From: Thermodesulfobacteriota bacterium
GTDB lineage: Bacteria; Desulfobacterota_D; UBA1144; Nemesobacterales; UBA2774
Length of the DNA stretch: 64,000 bases
Direction of reading: 5' to 3'
Assembly: GCA_963422265.1 (NCBI GenBank)
Contig: OY729416.1
Span: forward strand, 1,216,001 to 1,280,000
Under the pieces are notes generated by a model. It searched no databases. It worked only from the letters and a program-made list of their open reading frames with translations, and was not told the DNA's origin. A program made the translations under genes and the position numbers. Shown one piece after another: positions 10,695 through 19,880 of this stretch (position 1 is the first letter of the stretch; every line of letters starts with the position of its first letter).

Positions 10695-11420
10695 TTGAAA
10701 GTTCGGCTTAATAGATACCTCTCAATGTGTGGGGTCGCTTCGAGGAGGAAAGCGGATTCTTTTATCGCCGCGGGAAAAATCACGATAAACGATCATACTG
10801 AAAATAATCTTGGTAACGTTATAGATATTGAAAAGGACGTAGTTCGGCTTGAGGGTAGGATAATAACACCCGAGAGCAAGCGCTATCTGATTCTTAATAA
10901 GCCTAGCCTGTATCTGACGTCACTGGGGAAAGAGGGAAACAAGAAAACGGTGCGGGAATTGATTGCGGAAGTTCCTGAGAGAGTATATCCTGTTGGCAGA
11001 CTAGACTATGACGTTGAGGGCTTACTAATCTTGACCAATGACGGGGAGCTTGCTAATAAGATTCTGCATCCAAGCTATGAGGTAACTAAGGTCTATAGAG
11101 CTAATATAATAGGAAGCGTATCGGATGGGACTATCGCACAAATGAAAAAGGGCATCGAGCTTAGGGATGGACTAGCTAAACCCGACTCAATCAGAATAAA
11201 GAAACGAAGTAAAGACTCGAGCATAGCTCTAGTATCATTTCACGAGGGCAGAAATCATCTAGTTAAAAGGTTTTTTGCAAAGTTCGGGCACCCAGTGGCT
11301 AAGCTCAAGAGGGTTTCCGTGGGTCCTATAAGGCTTGGTAATCTACCAAGTAGCAAATGGAGGGACCTAAAAGCAAACGAGTTTTGCAGTCTCTCTCAGG
11401 CAGTTGGTATAGAGACGTGA
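10695..11420 (+). CDS. rRNA pseudouridine synthase (RsuA/RluB family)
   Basis: S4 domain (GVASRRKAD), YPVGRLDYDVEGLLILTNDG, EGRNH. Confidence 0.92.
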   Translation: MKVRLNRYLSMCGVASRRKADSFIAAGKITINDHTENNLGNVIDIEKDVVRLEGRIITPESKRYLILNKPSLYLTSLGKEGNKKTVRELIAEVPERVYPVGRLDYDVEGLLILTNDGELANKILHPSYEVTKVYRANIIGSVSDGTIAQMKKGIELRDGLAKPDSIRIKKRSKDSSIALVSFHEGRNHLVKRFFAKFGHPVAKLKRVSVGPIRLGNLPSSKWRDLKANEFCSLSQAVGIET

Positions 11421-11659
11421 GGAGTCTCTCTAGTGTCTATTCACCTATATCATATATTAGAGACAAGTAGATGGAATTAACTGCTACATCTACGGATTTC
11501 CTAAGAGATGCCGATGGCCAACCTTTGGAAAGACTATCTTGCATTAAACACTCCAATACCCTATCCTTATTAAACTGAATTCTATATTAAATAAGAGACA
11601 CTGCTATTTAGGCAGTGTCTCTTATACTATCGTCGAGTCAAGTATATAAGTCCCTACTT

Positions 11660-12274
11660 ATGTTCATAACGTTTGAAGGAATAGAAGGAAGCGGAAAGAG
11701 CACGCAGGCAGAACTTCTCAAAGAATTCCTAGCTCAAAGTGGATATAAAGTGAGCCTGACGAGAGAGCCCGGATGGGGCATCTTAGGAAAATCCATCAGA
11801 AAAATTGCGTTGGATGAAAGAGAGTTAGAGCTAGACCCCTTTTCAGAGCTATGCCTGTTTTGCGCCGATAGGGCACAACACGTGAGGGATTTTATAAAGC
11901 CAAGGTTAGATAAAAAAGAGATTGTGATTTGTGATAGATTCTTTGATTCTACAGTGGTTTATCAAGGCTATGGAAGGCAGCTTGACATAAGATTTGTCAA
12001 TAAGGTTGCGAAGGCCTCTACGCTTGGCACCCTCCCTGATCTCACCTTTTTCTTGAATCTTTCGGTAATAGAGGGTATTTCAAGACTAAAACCAAGAGGA
12101 GAACCCTTTACCAAAATGGAAGAAGAGCCTCTGGAATTCCACGAGTCGATAAAGAAGGGGTATATGCGGATTTCACGTAGAGAACCTAATAGAATCAAAA
12201 AGATAAATGCCGATAGAGAGGTTCAGGATATACACAAAGAAATAAAAAAACTTGTAGTTGAGCATTTATCGTAA
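11660..12274 (+). CDS. tmk: Thymidylate kinase
   Basis: MFITFEGIEGSGKSTQ, TREPG, CDRF. ATG at 11660 is preferred to the GTG at 11615. Confidence 0.95.
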   Translation: MFITFEGIEGSGKSTQAELLKEFLAQSGYKVSLTREPGWGILGKSIRKIALDERELELDPFSELCLFCADRAQHVRDFIKPRLDKKEIVICDRFFDSTVVYQGYGRQLDIRFVNKVAKASTLGTLPDLTFFLNLSVIEGISRLKPRGEPFTKMEEEPLEFHESIKKGYMRISRREPNRIKKINADREVQDIHKEIKKLVVEHLS

Positions 12275-12288
12275 GGGAAAAGCCCTAA

Positions 12289-13371
12289 ATGTTTGAAGGC
12301 ATAATTGGTCACGAGTTTCAAAAGGAAGTTCTAAAACGAGCGGTGAAGGAAGGTGCTATCGCTCACGCCTATTTATTCTCGGGTCCCGATGGAATTGGGA
12401 AAAAGCTTGTGGCAACTCAATTTGCAAAACTCTTAAACTGTCAGGCAACCGATTCTTATGGACAGCGACCTCCAGCAAGTTCCCTTCCGCAAGTCGACCG
12501 TGAGCAGAGCCAAACCACTCAGGACAGCGCAGCTCAACACTCAAGCCAGGGATGTACTTGTAATTCTTGTTCCAAAATTGATAAAGGGATTCACCCTGAC
12601 GTAGTGTTTGTCGAGTTTGAAGGCATCAAGAATATTAAGGTTGAGCAGATAAGAGAAACCGTTGAGAGTAGGCTTTTTCTTAAACCCTTTGAGGGAAAAT
12701 TCAAAATTGTGGTGGTGGACGAATCAGAAAGGATGAGCATAGGTGCGCAAAACGCCTTCTTAAAAACGCTTGAAGAACCTCCTTCCTATTCAGTAATAAT
12801 TTTAATTACCTCGCAACCAAACTCCCTTCTTCCAACTATTCGCTCAAGATGTCAAATCCTCAGGTTCAACCCGCTACCTAAGGAAACAGTTCTACAACTG
12901 CTATTAAAAAATACCAAAACGTCGCCTGCAAGTTCAGCTATCGCCTCAAAACTTTCTGAAGGCAGCTTGGGACAAGCTCTTAGAATGGACAACGAAAATA
13001 TCGAATTGAGGAAAGAAATTATCTTGAAGCTGATTGATCTTAGCCCTAATTCGGCTTTGCATATTCTCGACTTGGTAGAGGCATTACCTCTAAGCTCTAC
13101 CCCTGAAGACTCTGAAAATCTAAAACTCGCCTTTAAGTTTATTTCTCTATGGTTACGTGATCTGGCTCTACTAAAAATCGGCTTTGACGATGAAATGCTT
13201 ACTAATACGGACGTTGCTAAGGAATGTCGGAAAACCGCCATGAAATGGAACGTTAATAATGTATTGGATAAATACAAACTGGTTGAAAGAACTTGGTATG
13301 ATATATTCCGCACCAACGCTAATAAGCAGCTAGCATTAGAAAACCTTTTTATAAAATTGGGGCAGCACTAA
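12289..13371 (+). CDS. holB: DNA polymerase III subunit delta'
   Basis: HAYLFSGPDGIGK, HPD, NAFLKTLEEPP, LLPTIRSRCQ; tmk-holB-metG order. Confidence 0.95.
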   Translation: MFEGIIGHEFQKEVLKRAVKEGAIAHAYLFSGPDGIGKKLVATQFAKLLNCQATDSYGQRPPASSLPQVDREQSQTTQDSAAQHSSQGCTCNSCSKIDKGIHPDVVFVEFEGIKNIKVEQIRETVESRLFLKPFEGKFKIVVVDESERMSIGAQNAFLKTLEEPPSYSVIILITSQPNSLLPTIRSRCQILRFNPLPKETVLQLLLKNTKTSPASSAIASKLSEGSLGQALRMDNENIELRKEIILKLIDLSPNSALHILDLVEALPLSSTPEDSENLKLAFKFISLWLRDLALLKIGFDDEMLTNTDVAKECRKTAMKWNVNNVLDKYKLVERTWYDIFRTNANKQLALENLFIKLGQH

Positions 13372-13420
13372 ACTACATCTTTTATCTAATATAAACTGGA
13401 GCTAAGCGGAGATTAAACAA

Positions 13421-14962
13421 GTGCCTAAAACCTTTTACGTTACTACGCCGATCTATTACGTTAATGACGTGCCTCATATAGGACACGCTTATACCACTAT
13501 TGCTGCGGACGCTATCGCCAGGTTCAGAAGGCTCGCTGGTAATGAGGTCTTTTTCCTCACCGGCAGCGACGAGCACGGGCAAAAAATCGAGATGACGGCT
13601 AAAGCGAATGGTGAGAAGCCCATAGAGCTTGCGAATAGGGTAGTAAAAAGATTTCATGACCTCTCCGGCGCCTTAAACGTTACCAATGACGATTTTATTA
13701 GAACTACCCAGAGAAGGCATCAAGACTCCGTTGTAGAAATATTTAAGAGAATACAAAAAGCGGGAGATATTTACCTGAGTGAGTATGAGGGTTGGTATGA
13801 CGTTAGGAACGAAGCATTCATAACCGAAACGCAATATGAAGAAGTAATGGCTCTACCAGAATCTAAACGTCCCAATATTGAAAAGGTAAAAGAAGAGAGC
13901 TACTTCTTCAGACTTTCCGAATACCAGGAGCGACTTCTTAATCATTATGAAAAGCACTCCGAGTTCGTGCAGCCAAGCTACAGGATGAACGAGGTTGTGC
14001 GTTTTGTAGAGAGTGGATTGAAGGACCTCAGCATAAGTAGAACCACGTTTAGCTGGGGTATACCCGTTCCAGAAAACCCACGCCACGTGATCTACGTGTG
14101 GTTTGATGCTCTTGCAAACTATCTAACTGGCGCTGGTTTTCCAAATAATAAAACAACTTTTAATGAAATATACCCAGCAGACGTTCACCTAGTAGGTAAA
14201 GATATACTGAGATTCCACGCCGTGTATTGGCCGGCTTTTCTTATGTCGGCACAGCTACCACTCCCTAAAACGGTATTCGCCCATGGGTGGTGGACCGTTG
14301 AAGGAGAAAAAATGTCAAAATCCTTGGGTAACGTAGTAGATCCATATGAAATGGTGGAACGGTTCGGATCGGATATATTCAGATATTTCCTGCTCCGAGA
14401 AATTCCTTTCGGACAAGATGGTGATTTCTCAAAAAGCGCTATTGTAGCAAGGGTAAACGGTGATCTTGCAAACGGCTTGGGCAACCTTATCAGCCGAGTG
14501 CTTAGTATGATTAAAAAGTATTGTAACAGCCGCGTTCCCGCCCCTTCCGCATTGAATGACATAGACCTGAAAGTCAGGGATAGTGGCTTTTCAGCAGTAG
14601 ATCGTGTAGGTGATTCAATGAGCGAAATCGCCTTTCATAAGGCTTTAACGGCTATTTGGGATTTAATTGCCCATGTAAATAAATACGTTGATGAACAAGC
14701 TCCATGGACGCTCGCAAAAGAAAATAAAGAAGAAAGATTGAATACCGTTCTCTGGACGATTATTCAATCTATAGGCGTGATTTCAATACTGCTGTCTCCT
14801 TTTATGCCAAAAGCGTCAGAAGAAATACTGAGAAGGATAGGCTTCACTGACCCGACGTCTTACCTAAAGTTGTCAAAAGCGCGTGAATGGGGATTGATAA
14901 CATCAGGCTCTAAAATTGATAAGGGAAAGAACCTGTTCCCACGACATGAAGAGGATCTGTAG
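13421..14962 (+). CDS. metG: Methionine--tRNA ligase (short form, no C-terminal OB domain)
   Basis: HIGH (PHIGHAY), YVWFDAL, GKDILRFH, KMSKS. Confidence 0.97.
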   Translation: MPKTFYVTTPIYYVNDVPHIGHAYTTIAADAIARFRRLAGNEVFFLTGSDEHGQKIEMTAKANGEKPIELANRVVKRFHDLSGALNVTNDDFIRTTQRRHQDSVVEIFKRIQKAGDIYLSEYEGWYDVRNEAFITETQYEEVMALPESKRPNIEKVKEESYFFRLSEYQERLLNHYEKHSEFVQPSYRMNEVVRFVESGLKDLSISRTTFSWGIPVPENPRHVIYVWFDALANYLTGAGFPNNKTTFNEIYPADVHLVGKDILRFHAVYWPAFLMSAQLPLPKTVFAHGWWTVEGEKMSKSLGNVVDPYEMVERFGSDIFRYFLLREIPFGQDGDFSKSAIVARVNGDLANGLGNLISRVLSMIKKYCNSRVPAPSALNDIDLKVRDSGFSAVDRVGDSMSEIAFHKALTAIWDLIAHVNKYVDEQAPWTLAKENKEERLNTVLWTIIQSIGVISILLSPFMPKASEEILRRIGFTDPTSYLKLSKAREWGLITSGSKIDKGKNLFPRHEEDL

Positions 14963-15035
14963 ATAGGTGCAGCTTCGTTAAGGACTACTCTTTCCAAAAA
15001 ATTCAACTCGCCCGCACGGGAGGGTGTGCTTTTTA

Positions 15036-15401
15036 TTAACCATAAAGTTTCCTGATACGGCTTCTGTTTTCCAAATCCTTATCACCCTTAAAATATATTT
15101 CTACGAGTTCAATTCTTCCCTCTCTTCCAAAGTAGGCATAAATTATTCTGAGCCCCGATTGAACCCCTTTCCCTTTTAAGGACTTAGACGTGAACTTTCT
15201 GACTTTATATATTTCAGTTTCAGTAATTCCTGAATCGCTGATACGCTTTATGCCCTTGTTGTTTTGACCCATAAGATGAAATGGATTTAACTGGTAATTA
15301 ATAAAGGTTTGCAGGTCTTCTTCAAGAGTTTTGACTTTTCTTAGCAGCTTTTTAATGTCACTTTTGAACTCCGGTAGCTGTTCAACCCTGATCTTCTTCA
15401 A
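15036..15401 (-). CDS. RelE/ParE-superfamily-like toxin
   Basis: Basic 121-aa protein (EFKSDIKKL...KGKGVQSGLRIIYAYF...IYFKGDK); its start overlaps the stop region of the antitoxin-like gene. Confidence 0.65.
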   Translation of the reverse strand: MKKIRVEQLPEFKSDIKKLLRKVKTLEEDLQTFINYQLNPFHLMGQNNKGIKRISDSGITETEIYKVRKFTSKSLKGKGVQSGLRIIYAYFGREGRIELVEIYFKGDKDLENRSRIRKLYG

Positions 15402-16173
15402 TATAATTTCTCACTGAGTAGGCGGGAGTTCTGTAAAAAACAGCTTCATAGTCAATTTTCTCTTGATCCTCCGTGCCAAGCCAGGGTATGTCATTGTGTG
15501 AGTATTCGGCGATTTGAGAGGCGTTCATATCCGATAACCTTCCAAGAACGTTATCAATTGTGTTAAGCTCGTTTGCATTTAGGGCTGAAAGATCGGGGTT
15601 ACGCAAGGGAAGATATTTTGTCTGGCTGTAACTAAAATGCCTGTTTTTCACTTTGACTACATCTTTGTTTTCTATCATATCTCCTATAATTTTTATAAAC
15701 TCAGCTGGTGTTGGACCAAATTTACTCCTGATGTAATTCGCTCCAACCAACTGTTCTTCGTGCTTCTCGTAGTAGTCAAAGTCAATAAAGTAAAGCATCT
15801 TTTGTATAACGGTTTCACCCACGTTTGGCTTTGCGCCCACTTTGTTGAGAATATACAAAAGCACTTCTTTGAACTTGATGAGATTCTTTTGAGGAACGCT
15901 TATTCTCAAAGTCTCTTTCTTAGGCTTGGCTTCCCTACTCTTTTTAACAATGATCTCAACGCTTTCCTTATTGTTCACCAGGGCATCAATAGAGCATTCA
16001 AAAAGCTCAGATAGCTTGTTTATCTCGTCTAATTTCGGCATTCGGACGCCGTTTTCAATATTTGATACAATCTCCCTGCTCGTACCAATAGCCTTAGCCA
16101 ATTCTGCTTGGGAAAGTTCGGCACTTTGTCTTAACTGTTTTATCTTTTTGCCTAACTCTTTAGATTGAATCAT
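15382..16173 (-). CDS. XRE HTH + DUF4065 (Panacea/SocA-like) antitoxin
   Basis: N-terminal HTH (LSQAELAKAIGTSREIVSNIENG); C-terminal QKMLYFIDF...GPTP...SHNDIPW pattern of DUF4065. Likely start is the ATG at 16173 (MIQSKELG). Confidence 0.8.
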   Translation of the reverse strand: MIQSKELGKKIKQLRQSAELSQAELAKAIGTSREIVSNIENGVRMPKLDEINKLSELFECSIDALVNNKESVEIIVKKSREAKPKKETLRISVPQKNLIKFKEVLLYILNKVGAKPNVGETVIQKMLYFIDFDYYEKHEEQLVGANYIRSKFGPTPAEFIKIIGDMIENKDVVKVKNRHFSYSQTKYLPLRNPDLSALNANELNTIDNVLGRLSDMNASQIAEYSHNDIPWLGTEDQEKIDYEAVFYRTPAYSVRNYIEEDQG

Positions 16174-16339
16174 GGTTAGTGGGTTTGCCAAACTATTTTG
16201 ATATTTATTGTAATTATTGTAATATTTTATTACGAGAGTTGTAAAACTTTGTTGCATTTTTGTATTGTTGATGTGTATGTTATGCACTTAATCTTATGTT
16301 TGGATCAAACTCCAGATAAGTGAGCAATAACTGATTTTA

Positions 16340-16533
16340 CGTTTGTAGAAAGTGGCTAGAATCTTAGCCGTGATACCCAGAAAATCTTACCAAACTTAAA
16401 AGATATTGGAGACAAGTCTGCCCATAGCCGAAGATTTAACGCTCACAGGCAGGATATTGAAAAATTACTTCCAGATATTCGGGTGTGCACGCAAGAGCTT
16501 ATTTATCTTGCAGGTTTTCAAAATGGTCAATAA
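16340..16533 (+). pseudogene. 3' remnant of a HEPN/DUF4145-like protein
   Basis: Hand translation of 16360-16533: NLSRDTQKILPNLKDIGDKSAHSRRFNAHRQDIEKLLPDIRVCTQELIYLAG. Preceded by an in-frame TAG at 16357; no start codon. Confidence 0.45.
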
Positions 16534-16584
16534 ATCTTGCTAATTACCAGACCTTTCTATAAATTGTAAAGTTGTCTAACAATC

Positions 16585-16805
16585 CTAATCAAACCCCACC
16601 ACATCCTCCTCAACCCCCAAATAAACCTCATCAATCCTTTCTTGAATCCTGATTGCCTTTTTGATTGCGGTTACAATTTTGCAGTAGTGTTTTATATCGT
16701 CTAAAGATAAATGTCTTCTTTTCCTGTACTTTAGCCATTTACTGCAAACCTGATAGCCGCCGATTCGGTATTCATAAACTTCTTGACTCACACCTTCAAA
16801 ATTAC
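16585..16805 (-). pseudogene. C-terminal remnant of a type ISP/IIG restriction-modification enzyme
   Basis: FEGVSQEVYEYRIGGYQVCSKWLKYRK...LSLDDIKHYCKIVTA resembles the extreme C-terminus of type ISP specificity domains. The rest of the gene is absent. Confidence 0.7.
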
Positions 16806-16900
16806 GAACACTTCAATTCTAATTGTTTCCTACTTTTGTTAAACAAGGTATCAGTAGTAGGGTTGAACTAGTAGGCAGTATTTGCTATGCTAACAAGGTA

Positions 16901-17719
16901 ATGAGGCCGGTAGAAACAGAAAAATGTATACGGCAGATTGTCCGTAGCTCCGTTGAGGCGTACGCAGATGGTTTTGAAACTCGCCACGTTAGAGAAGTAG
17001 ACGATCTAGACGGAACTATTAACATGAAAATTCATAACGTCTTTATTGCAGCATTAGGTAAGGAGGTCCAATATTATACAGCGCTTGTGCGCTCTCTTGA
17101 TAGCTCATTAGGAAATATGTTGGAGAGGATGGCAATAAACATTGCGAAGCTCTTCTATGAAGTAAATAAAAACGTAGAAGGTCCGTTAGCTGTTGAACAA
17201 ACGTCAAAAATCGCGGAATTGCTTGAAGGATATAAAAATAGAAATAACCCTTTAGTCTCAAGCATATCTCATTACAAACAAATTAGAGATATAGGAATCA
17301 CGTCAGACTCAGCAACGAAAGTCCACGTGAGCGATTACTATTTGATAGACAAAGAAACAAACGAACATTACTTGATTGAATTAAAGATTGGTGGAGACTT
17401 GGACAATAAAAAAGCTCGTTCGGAGAAGGAAGCGATTTTCGAACAGTATGCAATACTCTCAAATAAATTGGGTAAGAATGCAAGTATAAAATGTTACTTT
17501 GCTACAGCTTATAATAGATTTGGAGAAGGTAAAGAGTGGAAACAATCGAGAGTCTTGCAATTCTTTTCAAAAGATGAACTCCTTATCGGGAAAGACTTTT
17601 GGAACTTCGTATGCTGTAGTGAAAAGGGTTATGACATTGTGATTGATGAATACAAAGAGTCAGCGCATTTAGTAAAATCAGCATTGCGCAACATCAAAGA
17701 GACGTATTTATATGGATAA
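16901..17719 (+). CDS. Type II restriction endonuclease, TdeIII-like family
   Basis: RSLDSSLGNMLE, PD-(D/E)xK-type SDYY...IELKIGG, FATAYN, LIGKDFWNFVC; overlaps the downstream MTase start. Confidence 0.7.
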   Translation: MRPVETEKCIRQIVRSSVEAYADGFETRHVREVDDLDGTINMKIHNVFIAALGKEVQYYTALVRSLDSSLGNMLERMAINIAKLFYEVNKNVEGPLAVEQTSKIAELLEGYKNRNNPLVSSISHYKQIRDIGITSDSATKVHVSDYYLIDKETNEHYLIELKIGGDLDNKKARSEKEAIFEQYAILSNKLGKNASIKCYFATAYNRFGEGKEWKQSRVLQFFSKDELLIGKDFWNFVCCSEKGYDIVIDEYKESAHLVKSALRNIKETYLYG

Positions 17720-18452
17720 AAAATATCAAATTGTAAATGCTGATAGTAAAGAGTACTTAAAGGGGCTACCTAATAACTCTATCGACTTCATTCTAACTGA
17801 TCCCCCTTACAATATAAGTCAATATTCAACTGGCAATATAAAGTTTGGCTGGCGAGCAGACATTAACAACGATCTGGCTGAATGGGATAAAAAGTTTTCC
17901 CCCCTGGATTTTAGAGATGAGTTCTTAAGAGTCTTAAAACCTACAGGGAATATCTTTGCTTTTTGCTCCTATAATATAATTGGCAAATGGCATGAAGTAT
18001 TTGATCCTGTTTTCGATACGTTTCAGTTTTTCGTGTGGCATAAAAAGAATCCCGTTCCAAAATTTCGGAAAGCCGGCTTCTTAAATAGCTGTGAACTCGT
18101 AGTATGTATGTGGAATAAAGGACACACTTGGAACTTTGGCAAACAAAATGAGATGCACAATTTCTTTGAAAGTCCAATCTGCATGGGACCAGAAAGATTA
18201 AAAAAACCGAAGCACCCTACGCAAAAGCCAGTAGGGCTATTAAAACACTTTATCAAAATAGCTTCAAATGAAGACGATACTATATTAGACCCTTTTATGG
18301 GAGTTGGCTCCACTGGCGTTGCCTCTTTAAGAATGAAAAGGAAATTTATAGGAGTAGAAATAGATAAAGAATACTATGATGCTGCTCAAGAAAGACTAGA
18401 TTCCATTCCGACGGATTTGTTTTCAAGAGTGTCTGCTATTGCAAAGACGTGA
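17712..18452 (+). CDS. Site-specific DNA amino-methyltransferase (N6A/N4C, beta class)
   Basis: Motif IV DPPY near the N-terminus, HPTQKP, motif I DPFMGVGST near the C-terminus. Confidence 0.93.
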   Translation: MDKKYQIVNADSKEYLKGLPNNSIDFILTDPPYNISQYSTGNIKFGWRADINNDLAEWDKKFSPLDFRDEFLRVLKPTGNIFAFCSYNIIGKWHEVFDPVFDTFQFFVWHKKNPVPKFRKAGFLNSCELVVCMWNKGHTWNFGKQNEMHNFFESPICMGPERLKKPKHPTQKPVGLLKHFIKIASNEDDTILDPFMGVGSTGVASLRMKRKFIGVEIDKEYYDAAQERLDSIPTDLFSRVSAIAKT

Positions 18453-18551
18453 CGTCAAAGGGTTGTTAGTGTGTAACCAACTTTTACAATTCAATCAAGC
18501 TAGGGCGATAACACCTTTAAATAACCAGTGGACTTTCACCCCACAGGAGGC

Positions 18552-18740
18552 TTACTTCTTTTTCATTCCTAACAGATTCCGCAAAAAGCTCCCTCCGTTG
18601 CTAGGACTACAGAGTCCTCTTGTTATAATTTGGTATTCAGAAGGTTGGATGTTTTCATTAGGAACGTAGGACTCTCCTTGTTTATAATCATTTTCAGTAT
18701 TAGTGGACTCTTGATTTTTATCATTTTCGCTCATTGGCAT
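18552..18740 (-). CDS. Small hypothetical protein (62 aa)
   Basis: AAGGAG RBS just upstream of ATG; fills an intergenic gap; no recognised domain. Confidence 0.5.
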   Translation of the reverse strand: MPMSENDKNQESTNTENDYKQGESYVPNENIQPSEYQIITRGLCSPSNGGSFLRNLLGMKKK

Positions 18741-18857
18741 ATTCTCCTTATTTATTGGTTAGTCCCTGTCCATAGATTTTAACACTACCAATCCTCGATT
18801 TTAATGATACAATAGAGTTAGTATTGAAATCTACTTAGTCAACTTCAACGTGGGAGG

Positions 18858-19280
18858 ATGCTAATGAGCCAGCAATCCGTTATCGTCGTCTTTGATGATG
18901 GACCTTACGTAGTGGAAGGTCTTGAGAGGTTTAGCTACTCGGAGGGAGAGCAGCTTCAGGCAAATAAAAAAACGGCCTTGTGCAGATGTGGGGCATCTGA
19001 AAACAAACCATACTGTGACGGCGCTCATAAGAAAATTGGGTTCTCTCATAAGATTGAAAAATCCCCGGCGGGCAACGCTAATGAAGATAGCATAAAAGAG
19101 ATAAAAGTTTTAAGTAACGGGCCTTATGAAGTATGCGGGGGAATAGGCTTACAGACTAAAGATGAAATGAACTTATCTGAAGATAATCCGTATTATCTGT
19201 GCAGATGTGGGGCATCTGATAACAAACCGTTCTGCGATGGCTCACATAAAAGAATAAACTTTAAGGATGACGCAAACTGA
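18858..19280 (+). CDS. CDGSH iron-sulfur domain protein (two domains)
   Basis: LCRCGASENKPYCDGAH and LCRCGASDNKPFCDGSH; GGGAGG RBS. Confidence 0.93.
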   Translation: MLMSQQSVIVVFDDGPYVVEGLERFSYSEGEQLQANKKTALCRCGASENKPYCDGAHKKIGFSHKIEKSPAGNANEDSIKEIKVLSNGPYEVCGGIGLQTKDEMNLSEDNPYYLCRCGASDNKPFCDGSHKRINFKDDAN

Positions 19281-19298
19281 TAAGCGAGGTTTAAAATT

Positions 19299-19853
19299 AT
19301 GGCTTTAACACCTTCAAATATGATACCCCTTGGAAGAAAGGCCCCCTACTTTAAGCTGCCTTGCACCGTGAACGATAGGGAAATAAGCCTTGATGAGGTT
19401 AGTTCCGACAAAGCAACCGTTATAATTTTTATTTGCAATCACTGCCCTTATGTAAAGCACGTGCAGAAAGGATTAGTGGAGCTTGCTAATGACTATATAC
19501 CCAAAGGGGTTTCATTCATCGCAATAAACTCTAACGACGTAGAGAATTACCCAGAAGATTCACCGGAGAATATGAAAATCGTAGCCGAGCGCCTAGGCTA
19601 CCCATTCCCTTACCTATACGATGAGACGCAGGAAATAGCAAGAGCTTATGACGCCGCGTGCACCCCAGACTTCTATATTTTTGATAGCGCCTTGGAGTGT
19701 ATCTACAGGGGACAGATGGACGATTCCAGACCAGGTAATGGAAAACCGGTAACAGGAAAACAAATAAGGGAAGCCTTAGACAACGCTTTAGAAGGCACAC
19801 CCGTAAGCAAAAGCCAGATTCCCAGCATTGGATGTAATATAAAGTGGAAATAA
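19299..19853 (+). CDS. Thioredoxin-fold protein (AhpC/TSA, Prx-like1)
   Basis: FICNHCPYV, ACTPDFY, PSIGCNIKWK. Confidence 0.92.
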   Translation: MALTPSNMIPLGRKAPYFKLPCTVNDREISLDEVSSDKATVIIFICNHCPYVKHVQKGLVELANDYIPKGVSFIAINSNDVENYPEDSPENMKIVAERLGYPFPYLYDETQEIARAYDAACTPDFYIFDSALECIYRGQMDDSRPGNGKPVTGKQIREALDNALEGTPVSKSQIPSIGCNIKWK

Positions 19854-19880
19854 AGATAGTAGGATCAGTCATTAGAGTAA

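Noticed and set aside
16174-16287. N-terminal extension of the HTH-DUF4065 ORF
   Set aside because: AT-rich, promoter-like sequence; the HTH domain begins at ATG 16173.
18779-18805. TTAAC/TTAAT 22 bp apart upstream of the CDGSH-cofE-GDPD operon as another PHO-like box
   Set aside because: The middle repeat is absent; too weak in AT-rich DNA.
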